Assembly (NCBI GenBank): GCA_015233195.1
Contig: JADFYE010000002.1
Coordinates: forward strand, 26,184-90,183
DNA: 64,000 nucleotides
From: Candidatus Omnitrophota bacterium
GTDB taxonomy: Bacteria; Omnitrophota; Gorgyraeia; Zapsychrales; Zapsychraceae
Direction: 5' to 3'
Shown here: positions 18,903 to 27,743 of the stretch, piece after piece
How positions within the stretch are numbered: the first letter of the stretch is position 1
Layout: each line of letters starts with the position of its first letter
Program-made: the position numbers and the translations under genes
Notes under the pieces: model-generated
Told to the model about the DNA's origin: nothing
Databases searched by the model: none
What the model saw: the letters and a program-made list of their open reading frames with translations, nothing else

Positions 18903-21125
18903 TTAACTCCTTAATAAAAGTAAAATAACTAAAATATTTAAAAATCCGCATAACCAGGACGTCTGGGTAATACCTAAAACCGGTACCAAAAAAATTCCGG
19001 CGGTTAAGGCGCCCAAAGCCGCTCCAATTACATCTACTGCATACAAATTACCTGCAACATTAACTTGTGATTGCCGCATAACCAATGTCAAAACATACTG
19101 CAGCCCGACCAGAACGCCAATTATAAATGCCAAAAACATTAAGCCCGCGAATAAAATATTTGCTACCAAAGGCATCACCACAGTACCACGAAATCCCCAA
19201 AAAATAAACGGTAAAAAACCAGAACAAATCAACCACAACATCTGTATAACAATAAAATTTCGCCGAGAATTTTCAACACTAAATACCCGGTTATTTTTAA
19301 AAGTCCCACTCCCGATCACTAATCCCAACATAAAAAACGCAATTATCAAACCTATCATTTGATACACATATCCAAATATACTTTGAAAAGCTAAAATTAT
19401 CAGTACCTGATAAACCATGCTCAGAAATCCAGCCCAGAAAACAGTAGAATCATATATCAAATTTTTATTGAACTTTGCCAATATGCCTAAAATAATAAAC
19501 AAAAATAATAAAACGCCTGCCACTTGCCCAAAATATATTTTTTGCAATGAGGTTATCCATACTCCAAATTTATTATTAAAACGGCTTGCCCAAATTCCCA
19601 TGTCAAAAAGAAATGCAATTGGACGCTCATCCGAATTTATCTGCCCCGGCTCAAATAAAATTTTTTCTACTGCCGCAATCCTAGCCTTATCAAAGCGGTC
19701 AGGTAAATAGCCTGCTGTTATAAATTGCGTATTAATACCTTTGGTTCTTATTTGTTCTTCAAAAAATTCGGAACTCCATTGCCCAATATCTTTTCCTTTA
19801 GCAACCAAAAAAATATGCCGCTCACCAGGTAAAGAATGAACCGTTTTAAAATATACCCTCAATGCTCCATAAATCGACTTAAGCAGATACTTGTTCTCGC
19901 TATTAACATAATTTTCTGAAGATGATACTGAAAAACTAAACACCCCGTTATCAGCTAACGCCTGTCCAACCTCTCTAAAAAATTCTTTAGTATAATACCG
20001 ATTCAATAATAAAGTTTTGGGATCACTTGCAGCCAATATAACCACATCATATTTATTCTTACTACGCTTTAAAAAATTTCGTCCATCCGCATAAATAACA
20101 TTTACCCGTGAATCTTTCAATACCTCTGTATATTTTTTCGGCAAATGTTTTTGACTCAAAATTATACTTTGTGGATCCAATTCAACATAATCGACACTAA
20201 TATCACCATATTTTAATACTTCATTTAATACTCCTCCAAGTCCTGAACCCAACACCAAAACCTTTTTAGGTTCAGTATGCCACAACATTGCGTAATGAAC
20301 TGTTTCTTCCGCAGACAAAACATCGCCGGTGGTAAAACCAAGCAAACCATTCTCAAATAAACTATATTCTCCCCTAGATCCAACTAAATTTAATTCGCCA
20401 TAAGGAGAACTTTTCGTCTCAATCAAAGTCATAGGCAACCATTGCGTTTGCTCATCCATTCGCTCAAAACATAAATAAACTAACAAACCAACAAATAAAC
20501 ACATGCCCCATAAAAAAATAACTTTATTTTCTCCCCATAAACAACCCATACCCCATGCTAATAAAGCTAAAATAACTATCAACTGTAAATTAGCAAAAAA
20601 ATATACCAAACCAAATGAAAATATAACTCCGGCTACAGTAGAACCAATAGACTCTAAATTATAAATACTACGGGCATGCTCAGTTTCATTTTTTGCAATC
20701 TTACCAGCTAAACAACATAAAGAAAATAACCACCCTGCAATAAAACCTAAAACTGCAGTTATTGCAAAAGCAATTTCTACCATCTGCAAAACACCTATCA
20801 ATTCTCCGGGATATAACCTAAAGAAAGATCTGGCATGACGACCTAAAAAAACTACTGCAGGCAAAACAATTGAAAGCAACAAAAAACTATACCTTAGATA
20901 AACCGAAACATCCTCATCACGTAAAACTAGCCATCTTCCAGCGCCAGCACCCAAACTTACCCAAAAAAGCCAAAACCCAAGAACCAATGCGTATCCAATC
21001 TCATTACCAGCAAAAACCTTATTACATTCCCTCAATATAATTATCTGAGTCAGCGTGGATATAACTCCAATACCAAAAGCTGTAAAAAATATAGACTTAA
21101 TATTAAATGATCTTCGTGAATGCAT
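18903..21125 (-). CDS. Fused polytopic membrane domain / spermidine synthase-like aminopropyltransferase
   Basis: 740 aa. Central soluble domain with a SpeE-like fold signature (SPYGEL..LFENG, VLVLGSGLGGVL, YVELDP, VVILAASDP), flanked by many TM helices on both sides. Confidence 0.75.
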   Translation of the reverse strand: MHSRRSFNIKSIFFTAFGIGVISTLTQIIILRECNKVFAGNEIGYALVLGFWLFWVSLGAGAGRWLVLRDEDVSVYLRYSFLLLSIVLPAVVFLGRHARSFFRLYPGELIGVLQMVEIAFAITAVLGFIAGWLFSLCCLAGKIAKNETEHARSIYNLESIGSTVAGVIFSFGLVYFFANLQLIVILALLAWGMGCLWGENKVIFLWGMCLFVGLLVYLCFERMDEQTQWLPMTLIETKSSPYGELNLVGSRGEYSLFENGLLGFTTGDVLSAEETVHYAMLWHTEPKKVLVLGSGLGGVLNEVLKYGDISVDYVELDPQSIILSQKHLPKKYTEVLKDSRVNVIYADGRNFLKRSKNKYDVVILAASDPKTLLLNRYYTKEFFREVGQALADNGVFSFSVSSSENYVNSENKYLLKSIYGALRVYFKTVHSLPGERHIFLVAKGKDIGQWSSEFFEEQIRTKGINTQFITAGYLPDRFDKARIAAVEKILFEPGQINSDERPIAFLFDMGIWASRFNNKFGVWITSLQKIYFGQVAGVLLFLFIILGILAKFNKNLIYDSTVFWAGFLSMVYQVLIILAFQSIFGYVYQMIGLIIAFFMLGLVIGSGTFKNNRVFSVENSRRNFIVIQMLWLICSGFLPFIFWGFRGTVVMPLVANILFAGLMFLAFIIGVLVGLQYVLTLVMRQSQVNVAGNLYAVDVIGAALGALTAGIFLVPVLGITQTSWLCGFLNILVILLLLRS

Positions 21126-21208
21126 AAAGTATTATATCTAAAATATCATTGTAAAATCCAGCTATTGATTGCTAAAATTAAACCCAGCATATAAAACCAC
21201 TATAACTA

Positions 21209-21997
21209 ATGAAATCGAAACTTAAAAAACAAATATATACAAACCTCAAGAACTATTCATTAGATTCTGCTGAGCGAACTTTATTACACCGTGAAATAAT
21301 CCAAAACAATAAATTCCTCAAAAAATTATATACTGAATTTTATCAACAATTCAACTCCACCATAAAAAACCTACCTCCAACCGCTTGTTTAGTAGAATTA
21401 GGCAGCGGTGGCGGATTCATAAAAGATATGATCCCTAACATAATTACCTCAGATATAATATCACTACCTAATGTTGATAAACAATTTTCCGCCCTTAAAA
21501 TGCCTTTTGAATCTTATTCTGTAGACGATATATTCATGATAAATGTACTCCACCATATTCATAACACCGAAGCTTTTTTAACTGAAGCTTCCCGTTGTCT
21601 TAAAATAGGCGGAAAACTTATAATGATTGAACCAGCCAACACTTGGTTTAGTAAATTTATTTATAAAAATTTTCATCATGAATTATTCGACCCTGAAGGA
21701 GATTGGCATTTTGAAACTAAAGGTCCGCTATCATCAGCTAACGGGGCATTACCGTGGATAATTTTTTATCGTGATCAAAAACAATTCAGCCAAAAATTCC
21801 CTCAACTAAAAATCATAAAACTTCGTCCGCATACACCTTTTAGATATTTACTAAGCGGCGGATTATCTAAGCCGCCATTAGCGCCTTCTTACCTGTTCGG
21901 CTTTTTCACGCTAATCGAAAAAATTCTGTCCCCGCTTAATCCAATGCTCGGTATGTTTGTTACAATACAATTGGAAAAAATTGCAGATCATAACTAA
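21209..21997 (+). CDS. Class I SAM-dependent methyltransferase
   Basis: 262 aa with motif I VELGSGGGF and post-I/II LKIGGKLIMIEP. Confidence 0.75.
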   Translation: MKSKLKKQIYTNLKNYSLDSAERTLLHREIIQNNKFLKKLYTEFYQQFNSTIKNLPPTACLVELGSGGGFIKDMIPNIITSDIISLPNVDKQFSALKMPFESYSVDDIFMINVLHHIHNTEAFLTEASRCLKIGGKLIMIEPANTWFSKFIYKNFHHELFDPEGDWHFETKGPLSSANGALPWIIFYRDQKQFSQKFPQLKIIKLRPHTPFRYLLSGGLSKPPLAPSYLFGFFTLIEKILSPLNPMLGMFVTIQLEKIADHN

Positions 21998-22006
21998 CGA
22001 TAAAAA

Positions 22007-25000
22007 TTATAGACCCAAAAATCCCCGCAGGTCTTTCATAGGCAAGATATTAAAAATCACCGGCTCAAAACCTGAAGAATTTTTTAATTTTTCTAACATG
22101 ACCGGATCAATGTTAAATTTTATTGAACCTACCGCTGCATCCACTTTTAAATTTTCATTAACTGGCGTAAGATCAATACCTCCGTTATTTACCATCGCAA
22201 AATCAAACCCTTTGATCGCCTCTGCTATTGCTAACGCTTTAGGATCATTTTTTTGAGATTTAAAATATTCAAGCAAATTATGTATAACTAAGCTTCTTCT
22301 TTTCTGGAATTTTTCCACATCGATCTGATCTTCAGTATATCCGCTATCCAATGCCATTTGTCGTATATCAAATGCTGAAATATATAATAATTCATTAATC
22401 GCTTGTGTCATTCGTTCAGGAGAAAGCTCATCTAAATAATGACTCCACCAAGAATAAAAGAAACTAGGATATAACGTTGCCGATCTCTCATCAAACGCGG
22501 CATCTTTTCGCATTAACCAAAGTGCGACATTTCCAAAAAGATCATGCATTAAATACCTAGATTGCCCATTAATTGTCCTGACAAATAAATTCCGATCTCC
22601 TGCCTTAAAATCCGCATACAAAGTAAACTGCATAAAAAGCAAAAATTCTTCCAAGCCCGAACCATTTTTTTGTTTTAAATCATTAAATTCAATATCATCA
22701 ATATTATCCGTAAGGATTCCCCATGAATCTTTAAGATCAATAAGATACTGCTCTTTAATCATATTTATATTCTCATATTGACCCGCTAAAATTTTCCTAA
22801 AACGCGGCACATTACATCCCATTCTCTCTGCTAATAAATAATGCATCCACTCAGCTGTGGACGCGCCGCTATTAGCTATTTTCAAATAATATTTTTTTTG
22901 TGTTTGCTCATCAATAAATTCCCAAACCGGATGAATACCCATTTTTTTCACAACTTTTAAAGTACCTATGTTTTTTACAAACAATGTTGAATGACTTTCT
23001 CCGTCCCCGGTGCTATTTTCAGCTAAAGCAGCATATGTTTCACGCATTAATTCAACTGACTCTGATGTAATAAAAGATTGTCCCCGCTTTGAAATATTCT
23101 TTATAATTAATTCACCTTGCCCTCCTGAACTTTTAAGCACAAGCTCAATATGTTCACTAGAAATATAAGGATTAAACTCAAATACTTTAATACTATTCTG
23201 ATGACCAGGATCCCGACCAATATAAATTTCACTAGCTTTCCCTTCTTCAGGCATAAGCAACTCCAAACTTTTCGATCTCCCATCAATAGCAGTAACTATA
23301 ATCCCTCCCCCGCCAGGTCTATACTTAATCTCAAAACGATTTTTATTATTTACCAACCATATTACTAATGGCGCGCCCGTCTGTTTAAGCAAATCTAGCG
23401 GCACTATTAAACCATCCCGATCTAAAATCTCTTTTAAACCATTTCGAGGAATTTGAATCGCCCTTGACGCAAAGGCATCAAGCACCATAGAATCATAAAA
23501 TTCATCATCAACTATTGATATTGCCGGTCCATTTATCATTGCCTTATCTACATCAACATCTATCCCTTGCGCCCGCAATTCAGGCTCAAGATCTGCCCAC
23601 AATTGATCTAAAGACTCATAATATTCTCCAGGAATTGCGAGCAAAGCTTTAAGCACGCTATTTCTTATACCTACTGGCACTTCTTCAATCCCGGTTATTT
23701 CAGTAATTGGATGATCTTTCATGTCTATATCACCAAAAATTCCCTCCCCAGTTAACTTAGTATTAACACTAACCAACGTTGCGTTAGGAGCATAACTTTT
23801 TAATAAAAAACACCCTATCATATCTATATCCTTATATTTCAACCCATACTTAACTTGCTCAACTGGCAATGTGGTTTGTGCCATATGAAGTAAATCCCAA
23901 TCAATTATCTTGGGATCACCTTCCGGAGTAACAATAAGATTATTAAATGAAATATCTCCATGAAAAGCCTTATATGTTCTATGAACATAAGCTAATTTTT
24001 TAATTAATTTTACCAATATTTTTATACGTGCTCTAAAATCAGTGATTTCATCAAACTTACGACCCGGAGCATATTCCATTTCCAAAATTCTATTCGTATA
24101 AAATAAATGCGTCGCAAACATATTCATATTGGCAAACAAAGACTCGACTGTCTCATCAAATATTGAATCATTAAAAAATTTAGCTATCTCATCAAAATCA
24201 AAATGATTAGAACGTTTTAAAAATTTTAAAACTACTGTTTGACCATATTGACTATTCTCAATTATTTTAGTCGCCTTATAAACTCCATTGTCGTAAGAAC
24301 CTAAAACTTCCAAATCCTTATAAACAACCTCTCCATTTTTAAGAATGACTTTTCTTTTATCAATTAAAGCGTTACTTATAATAAAATTCAAACCTGTACC
24401 TTGCGGACTATCCAGATCAATCACTAATGGCTTATCAACAATCATTGCAGGATCAGGACTTAAAGACTCGCGTAAACCTCCTTCAATTAGCATAAATTTT
24501 TTATTATCAGAAACACCCGGATCATTATTTGTAAATAACATCGCTTGATCAATTTTATCGACAAATCCTACCCCGCCTGAAAAATATTTCTTTGGTATAA
24601 CTTTTTGAGCGGTAGGATCATATTCTTCTTTAATAAAATCATATGCACCTTTTTTAAACGACTCAACATATTTATCCCATATTTTTTCCGCTTCTAACGG
24701 ATCATTAATGTTTATACCTTTAATCTTATTGCGATCAGAATAAACTGCATTTACCAGGCTCTCTTTTATTTTTTTCTTATACCAACTCGCCAAAATTAGA
24801 GAATTATAAATCTGACGCAAGGGCGCAAAATTCTCTCCCTCATTAACTTCTTTTTCAATAACAGGAATGATCACTTCGCGGATAGCTTGTTCGGCAAGTT
24901 TAATTTTTCCAGCGCTATTTTTAAGCGCTATGTAATCAGTTTCCAAAAGCACTTTCAACTTAGTTTCAACAATATAGGCAGCCCCAGCTTTTAAATTCTC

Positions 25001-25618
25001 ATAAACTACCGCCTTAGCCGGCACAATCCAAACCTTATTAAAGGTATCTACAGGAATATCTATATTCCCAAATTGTTTATAAACTTCCGCGTAAATTTTA
25101 TCCCAAAACTTTTTACCCTGTTCACCGTCTGGATACATCAAAGTAGCAGTTATCTGTTTTAATATATAATCCTGCGCTAATAGATCTCTGCCCATTTCAG
25201 TATTACCAAATGATTTAGGCACAATCCTATTTTTTTCATACGGCGATAAATTAACCCACAAATCTTTTTCAGGTGTGGTAAGCGAAGCCAAAAAATATTT
25301 GATAAGCTTATTTGCTTCACTGTTAAGTTGTGATCCTTCGCTACGCTCAGGGTCATTTTTGATAAAGGCATCGCCTTTATCAAAAATGAAATCAAATTTT
25401 AACGGATCGTTCGGAAAAACCTTTATACCCTTTAAAACTGCTGGGGTAAAAGGTTTACTCAACCCAACCATAGTACCCGGAACAGGCATAATTGAAACAA
25501 CTTGAGAAAAAGAAATCGTAGGGAAATTAAATGCAGTCAAAGTAAATGCAACAACTAAAAATATAGTCAATGCTTTACGAAATAAAAAACCAAAATTATA
25601 AATATAATTTTTATTCAT
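22007..25618 (-). CDS. Giant secreted multidomain protein: signal peptide, ~370-aa conserved N-domain, protein-kinase-like domain, FHA domain, second atypical kinase-like domain, 58-aa C-terminal GGIDL module
   Basis: 1203 aa.
- Kinase-like: VVLKFLK .. HGDISFNNLIV .. IIDWD.
- FHA-like: IYIGRD..ISSEHIEL..IIKNISKRGQSF.
- Second kinase-like: GDRNLFV .. MHDLFG.
- The N-terminus aligns with the 57673-60744 product.
- The C-terminus aligns with the C-termini of both the 57673-60744 and 61550-64000 products. Confidence 0.7.
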   Translation of the reverse strand: MNKNYIYNFGFLFRKALTIFLVVAFTLTAFNFPTISFSQVVSIMPVPGTMVGLSKPFTPAVLKGIKVFPNDPLKFDFIFDKGDAFIKNDPERSEGSQLNSEANKLIKYFLASLTTPEKDLWVNLSPYEKNRIVPKSFGNTEMGRDLLAQDYILKQITATLMYPDGEQGKKFWDKIYAEVYKQFGNIDIPVDTFNKVWIVPAKAVVYENLKAGAAYIVETKLKVLLETDYIALKNSAGKIKLAEQAIREVIIPVIEKEVNEGENFAPLRQIYNSLILASWYKKKIKESLVNAVYSDRNKIKGININDPLEAEKIWDKYVESFKKGAYDFIKEEYDPTAQKVIPKKYFSGGVGFVDKIDQAMLFTNNDPGVSDNKKFMLIEGGLRESLSPDPAMIVDKPLVIDLDSPQGTGLNFIISNALIDKRKVILKNGEVVYKDLEVLGSYDNGVYKATKIIENSQYGQTVVLKFLKRSNHFDFDEIAKFFNDSIFDETVESLFANMNMFATHLFYTNRILEMEYAPGRKFDEITDFRARIKILVKLIKKLAYVHRTYKAFHGDISFNNLIVTPEGDPKIIDWDLLHMAQTTLPVEQVKYGLKYKDIDMIGCFLLKSYAPNATLVSVNTKLTGEGIFGDIDMKDHPITEITGIEEVPVGIRNSVLKALLAIPGEYYESLDQLWADLEPELRAQGIDVDVDKAMINGPAISIVDDEFYDSMVLDAFASRAIQIPRNGLKEILDRDGLIVPLDLLKQTGAPLVIWLVNNKNRFEIKYRPGGGGIIVTAIDGRSKSLELLMPEEGKASEIYIGRDPGHQNSIKVFEFNPYISSEHIELVLKSSGGQGELIIKNISKRGQSFITSESVELMRETYAALAENSTGDGESHSTLFVKNIGTLKVVKKMGIHPVWEFIDEQTQKKYYLKIANSGASTAEWMHYLLAERMGCNVPRFRKILAGQYENINMIKEQYLIDLKDSWGILTDNIDDIEFNDLKQKNGSGLEEFLLFMQFTLYADFKAGDRNLFVRTINGQSRYLMHDLFGNVALWLMRKDAAFDERSATLYPSFFYSWWSHYLDELSPERMTQAINELLYISAFDIRQMALDSGYTEDQIDVEKFQKRRSLVIHNLLEYFKSQKNDPKALAIAEAIKGFDFAMVNNGGIDLTPVNENLKVDAAVGSIKFNIDPVMLEKLKNSSGFEPVIFNILPMKDLRGFLGL

Positions 25619-25715
25619 GTTTTATTACCTTTAATACTAATATCTAAAGTATTGACTATTACAGGTAATAAAACAAGGACCAGCGACTTACTGCGGAATT
25701 TATTAAAAATTAATA

Positions 25716-27425
25716 TTATTTCTTTAACATTCTGTAAACTTGAGTAAGAAAAATATCAATGGCTTTTTCAGGCTGAAATTTAAGTTCTCTGCTTTTGAGC
25801 GCCAAAGAAAATGCCTGCTCATATTCACCTTTATTATATGCTTCTTGCGCAGACAAGAACAAACTAGTGGCTTGTTTTTCATCGGAACCAGCTAAACCAT
25901 AAGCTCTTAAAGCAAAAGGTCCCTCAGCTAATAATTTTACTTTAAATGGTCCTTTCGAAAAATCAAATTCAGAACCAATAAATATCGTACAAGGCATAAC
26001 TTTCAACACGTCATCCGCCAATATGCGCCGATTACAACTCTCTATATGATACAAAAATTTATCAAAAAATAAACTGTGTGGAAACAGATCACACACCTGC
26101 TGTTCTTCTCCATGAAGACTCCATTGATTGCCATATAACACCGCATGATCCGGAGCCGCTGCAGGTTGACCATAAAAACCAATAAACATACACTGTGGAT
26201 AGTTAACTCTTAAATTCCTATAAAAAGCAATTGTCCGCATCTTAAGATTTTCCAGACTATTTCTATAAATAAACGCTGTACCAATCCCTTGAACTACAAA
26301 AACCACAATAAATATCAATATTATTTTTTTAACACGTTCTACCTTAGAAAGCTGGTCTAAATAAAAAAATAAAAATAATCCGCTAAACAAACTTATACCA
26401 GGTAATAAATAATGCGGGTTATATTGTTTAGCCACCAACGCGAACTGCAACATAATCCCACACGCTATTACAAAAAGAAAACGGGTTTCTTTCTGATCTT
26501 GCTTTTTAAAAATCTTAATAGCGCTTAAGACTAACGACGTCACAACTAACATCATCAAAAACCAGTACGGCTTCACAATCCCACTCCACCAAGTACTAAA
26601 ATACTTTGAAATATCAACAAGCCCTTCTTTGCCTTGTCCATATTGTCCGGTATGAGTAGTTAAAGCTACTGCCCATTTCCAAAACCTCGGATAAAAACTA
26701 ACTATAGGTAAAGTACAAACTATAAAAGATATCAAACTTACAAAAATAAAAAAAACTTTCATCCGCCATTTAATTATCATTAACGGCAACAATAAAATTG
26801 GCAAGAATGTCAATTTTGCCGCAACACCTAACCCACAAATCAAACCTAAAAATAAAACCGACGCCCAGTCTTCTTTCTGATCTTTAGATAAAAATAATTT
26901 AAAAAAAAACAAATTAAAAAGGAGCATTATACTTATAAGTAACGGCTCAGGATCAACATTAGCTACTACTGGTATAATTGCCTCCATTGACCCCCAAGAT
27001 TTTAATACCAAAAAATTAATTATAGGAAGCTGCGTTAATACCGCCGCGATTTTATCTCCGGTCTTCTTATAAACATATAAAGCAAACCATGCAGACATAA
27101 AAGAAAATCCAAATATCAATACCGTGCTTATACTTCTTAAATATAATTCCGGATCGCTGATAACTTTATGAATAACATCATTAGCATTACTACCTAAATT
27201 CATAGACCAAATAACCAAGAATCCAATAACTTGAAGCGGCGTGCCAGGATGATCAACATGCGCGGGGGAAAGACCATTAACCAAATTAAGACTATTAAAA
27301 AGATATGGGTAAGACGGATCCATATTCAACCAATACGGACACGCTGCTGCCTTCAATATAAAAGACATACAAGATACAATAGTTGGTATGACAAGAATAA
27401 ACCAATATTTACGTATAAAATTCAT
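25716..27425 (-). CDS. Polytopic membrane protein, GT-C-fold glycosyltransferase-like, with C-terminal soluble TPR-like tail (paralog A)
   Basis: 569 aa with about 12 TM helices. N-terminal conserved stretch DPSYPYLFNSLNLVNGL..HPGTPLQ. Same length as, and colinear with, 27744-29453. Confidence 0.45.
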   Translation of the reverse strand: MNFIRKYWFILVIPTIVSCMSFILKAAACPYWLNMDPSYPYLFNSLNLVNGLSPAHVDHPGTPLQVIGFLVIWSMNLGSNANDVIHKVISDPELYLRSISTVLIFGFSFMSAWFALYVYKKTGDKIAAVLTQLPIINFLVLKSWGSMEAIIPVVANVDPEPLLISIMLLFNLFFFKLFLSKDQKEDWASVLFLGLICGLGVAAKLTFLPILLLPLMIIKWRMKVFFIFVSLISFIVCTLPIVSFYPRFWKWAVALTTHTGQYGQGKEGLVDISKYFSTWWSGIVKPYWFLMMLVVTSLVLSAIKIFKKQDQKETRFLFVIACGIMLQFALVAKQYNPHYLLPGISLFSGLFLFFYLDQLSKVERVKKIILIFIVVFVVQGIGTAFIYRNSLENLKMRTIAFYRNLRVNYPQCMFIGFYGQPAAAPDHAVLYGNQWSLHGEEQQVCDLFPHSLFFDKFLYHIESCNRRILADDVLKVMPCTIFIGSEFDFSKGPFKVKLLAEGPFALRAYGLAGSDEKQATSLFLSAQEAYNKGEYEQAFSLALKSRELKFQPEKAIDIFLTQVYRMLKK

Positions 27426-27466
27426 AAAAATAAAAATTTATATTAATGGTTTTTAGAAATCTAATC

Positions 27467-27729
27467 TTAATTATGTTTACCGCACTTAGCAAGGAGTTTC
27501 CGCGGCTTTAAATAATTAGAAATTTTAAAACATTTCATGCGCCATTCAAGAATAAACAACGGCAACAACAAAACCGGTAATAAATTTAACTTTGTCGCAA
27601 CCCCTAACCAACAAATCAAACCTAAAAATAAAACTACCCACCATTCATCTTTACGTTCTTTTAAAAAGATAAGCAGAAAACAATAGCTGGTATAACCAGC
27701 ACAAACCAATATTTACGGATAAAGTTCAT
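27467..27729 (-). pseudogene. Decayed third copy of the GT-C-like paralog (N-terminal ~20 codons fused to an internal ~50-codon segment, interrupted by stops)
   Basis: 27690-27729 matches the 5' end of paralog A (aaaccaatatttacg.ata.a.ttcat). 27530-27670 matches paralog A around 26745-26890 (LFLGLICWLGVATKLNLLPVLLLPLFILEWRMK vs LFLGLICGLGVAAKLTFLPILLLPLMIIKWRMK). The frame is broken after about 22 codons. Confidence 0.7.
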
Positions 27730-27743
27730 TTCTGCATCAAAAA

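Noticed and set aside
25619-25715. Nested inverted repeats (ttattacct..aggtaataa and aatact..agtatt) upstream of the 1203-aa gene.
   Set aside because: The arms are short (6-9 bp) and AT-rich in an AT-rich spacer, with no partner motif or conserved promoter geometry that I could support.
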